This document shows, one piece after another, positions 63,472 to 64,000 of a DNA stretch of 64,000 nucleotides. Position numbers and translations under genes: made by a program. Where the stretch lies: assembly GCF_026210795.1 (NCBI RefSeq), contig NC_089429.1, positions 4,526,001 through 4,590,000 of the forward strand, given 5' to 3'. How positions within the stretch are numbered: the first letter of the stretch is position 1; each line of letters opens with the position of its first letter. Origin of the DNA: Rhizophagus irregularis (Eukaryota). Below the pieces are notes generated by a model. That model did no database searches, was not told the DNA's origin, and saw only the letters and a list, made by a program, of their open reading frames with translations.

Positions 63472-63559
63472 CATTGACATTGACATTGACATTGACATTG
63501 ACATTGACATTGACATTGACATTGACATTGTCACTGACATTGACATTGTCATTGTCATT
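63472..63559. repeat. (CATTGA)n microsatellite, ~14 copies
   Basis: Read directly. Confidence 0.95.
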
Positions 63560-64000
63560 TACATATAAAGTTATATAAGATTAATTTGAGAGTTTTTTAC
63601 CAAAAAGGAAATTTTTTTATAAAAAGAGAAATGATTTTCAATTTCGAGGCAATTCAGCAGGTGTTTTAATAACAAATTGAGAAATGATTTCCATAGAAAA
63701 TCTCGTGACAAAATTTATAATAAATTTAAAAATAAATGATCAACAAATGATCAACAAAATTGTTACTAGTTTTATAAAAAACGCCCAATAATATCTTTTT
63801 ATTGTTTTAACATCGAAAGTGTGATATTCTTGCGTCCGATCTATTTTTTTTTTTTTAAACAGTAACGCGTTTATTATTTATTTATCATAAAAAATGATTA
63901 CGTAAAAATCATAAGCACCTAAAAAAGACATACTTCCCTCTATAACTGAGTTTAATCAAATCTAAAATTAACTATATGATAAATTTAAAAATAAAAATTT

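Noticed and set aside
1..64000. rRNA or tRNA genes
   Set aside because: None recognised; the only tRNA-related sequence is the retrotransposon PBS.

Overview
AT-rich eukaryotic DNA with short spliceosomal introns. The gene families (intronless BTB-SPRY cluster, TSG-motif TKL-type kinase, TRP-like channel, BTB-BACK/TLD relics) suggest an arbuscular mycorrhizal fungus such as Rhizophagus (inference). Main contents: (1) a BTB/POZ-BACK-SPRY tandem family in two clusters (about 1-19 kb and 47-60 kb), with 4 intact copies, 4 disrupted copies and several relics; (2) a 7.9-kb Ty3/Gypsy LTR retrotransposon (minus strand, 505-bp LTRs) inside a nested insertion; (3) several MITEs and DNA-transposon remnants; (4) a multi-exon TRP-like channel gene. 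The standout is 22.0-27.5 kb. It looks like a ~95-bp AT satellite, but every unit is a complete intron (GTAAGT/GTATGT...CTAAC...TAG) separated from the next by exactly 3 nt. I read 56 consecutive 3-nt micro-exons plus one 1-nt exon. Together they join phase-1 ATG exons to a downstream pseudokinase/coiled-coil CDS in frame with no stop, encoding a 57-residue segment built from shuffled intron-exon cassettes. All parsing was by eye; splicing is inferred, not observed.
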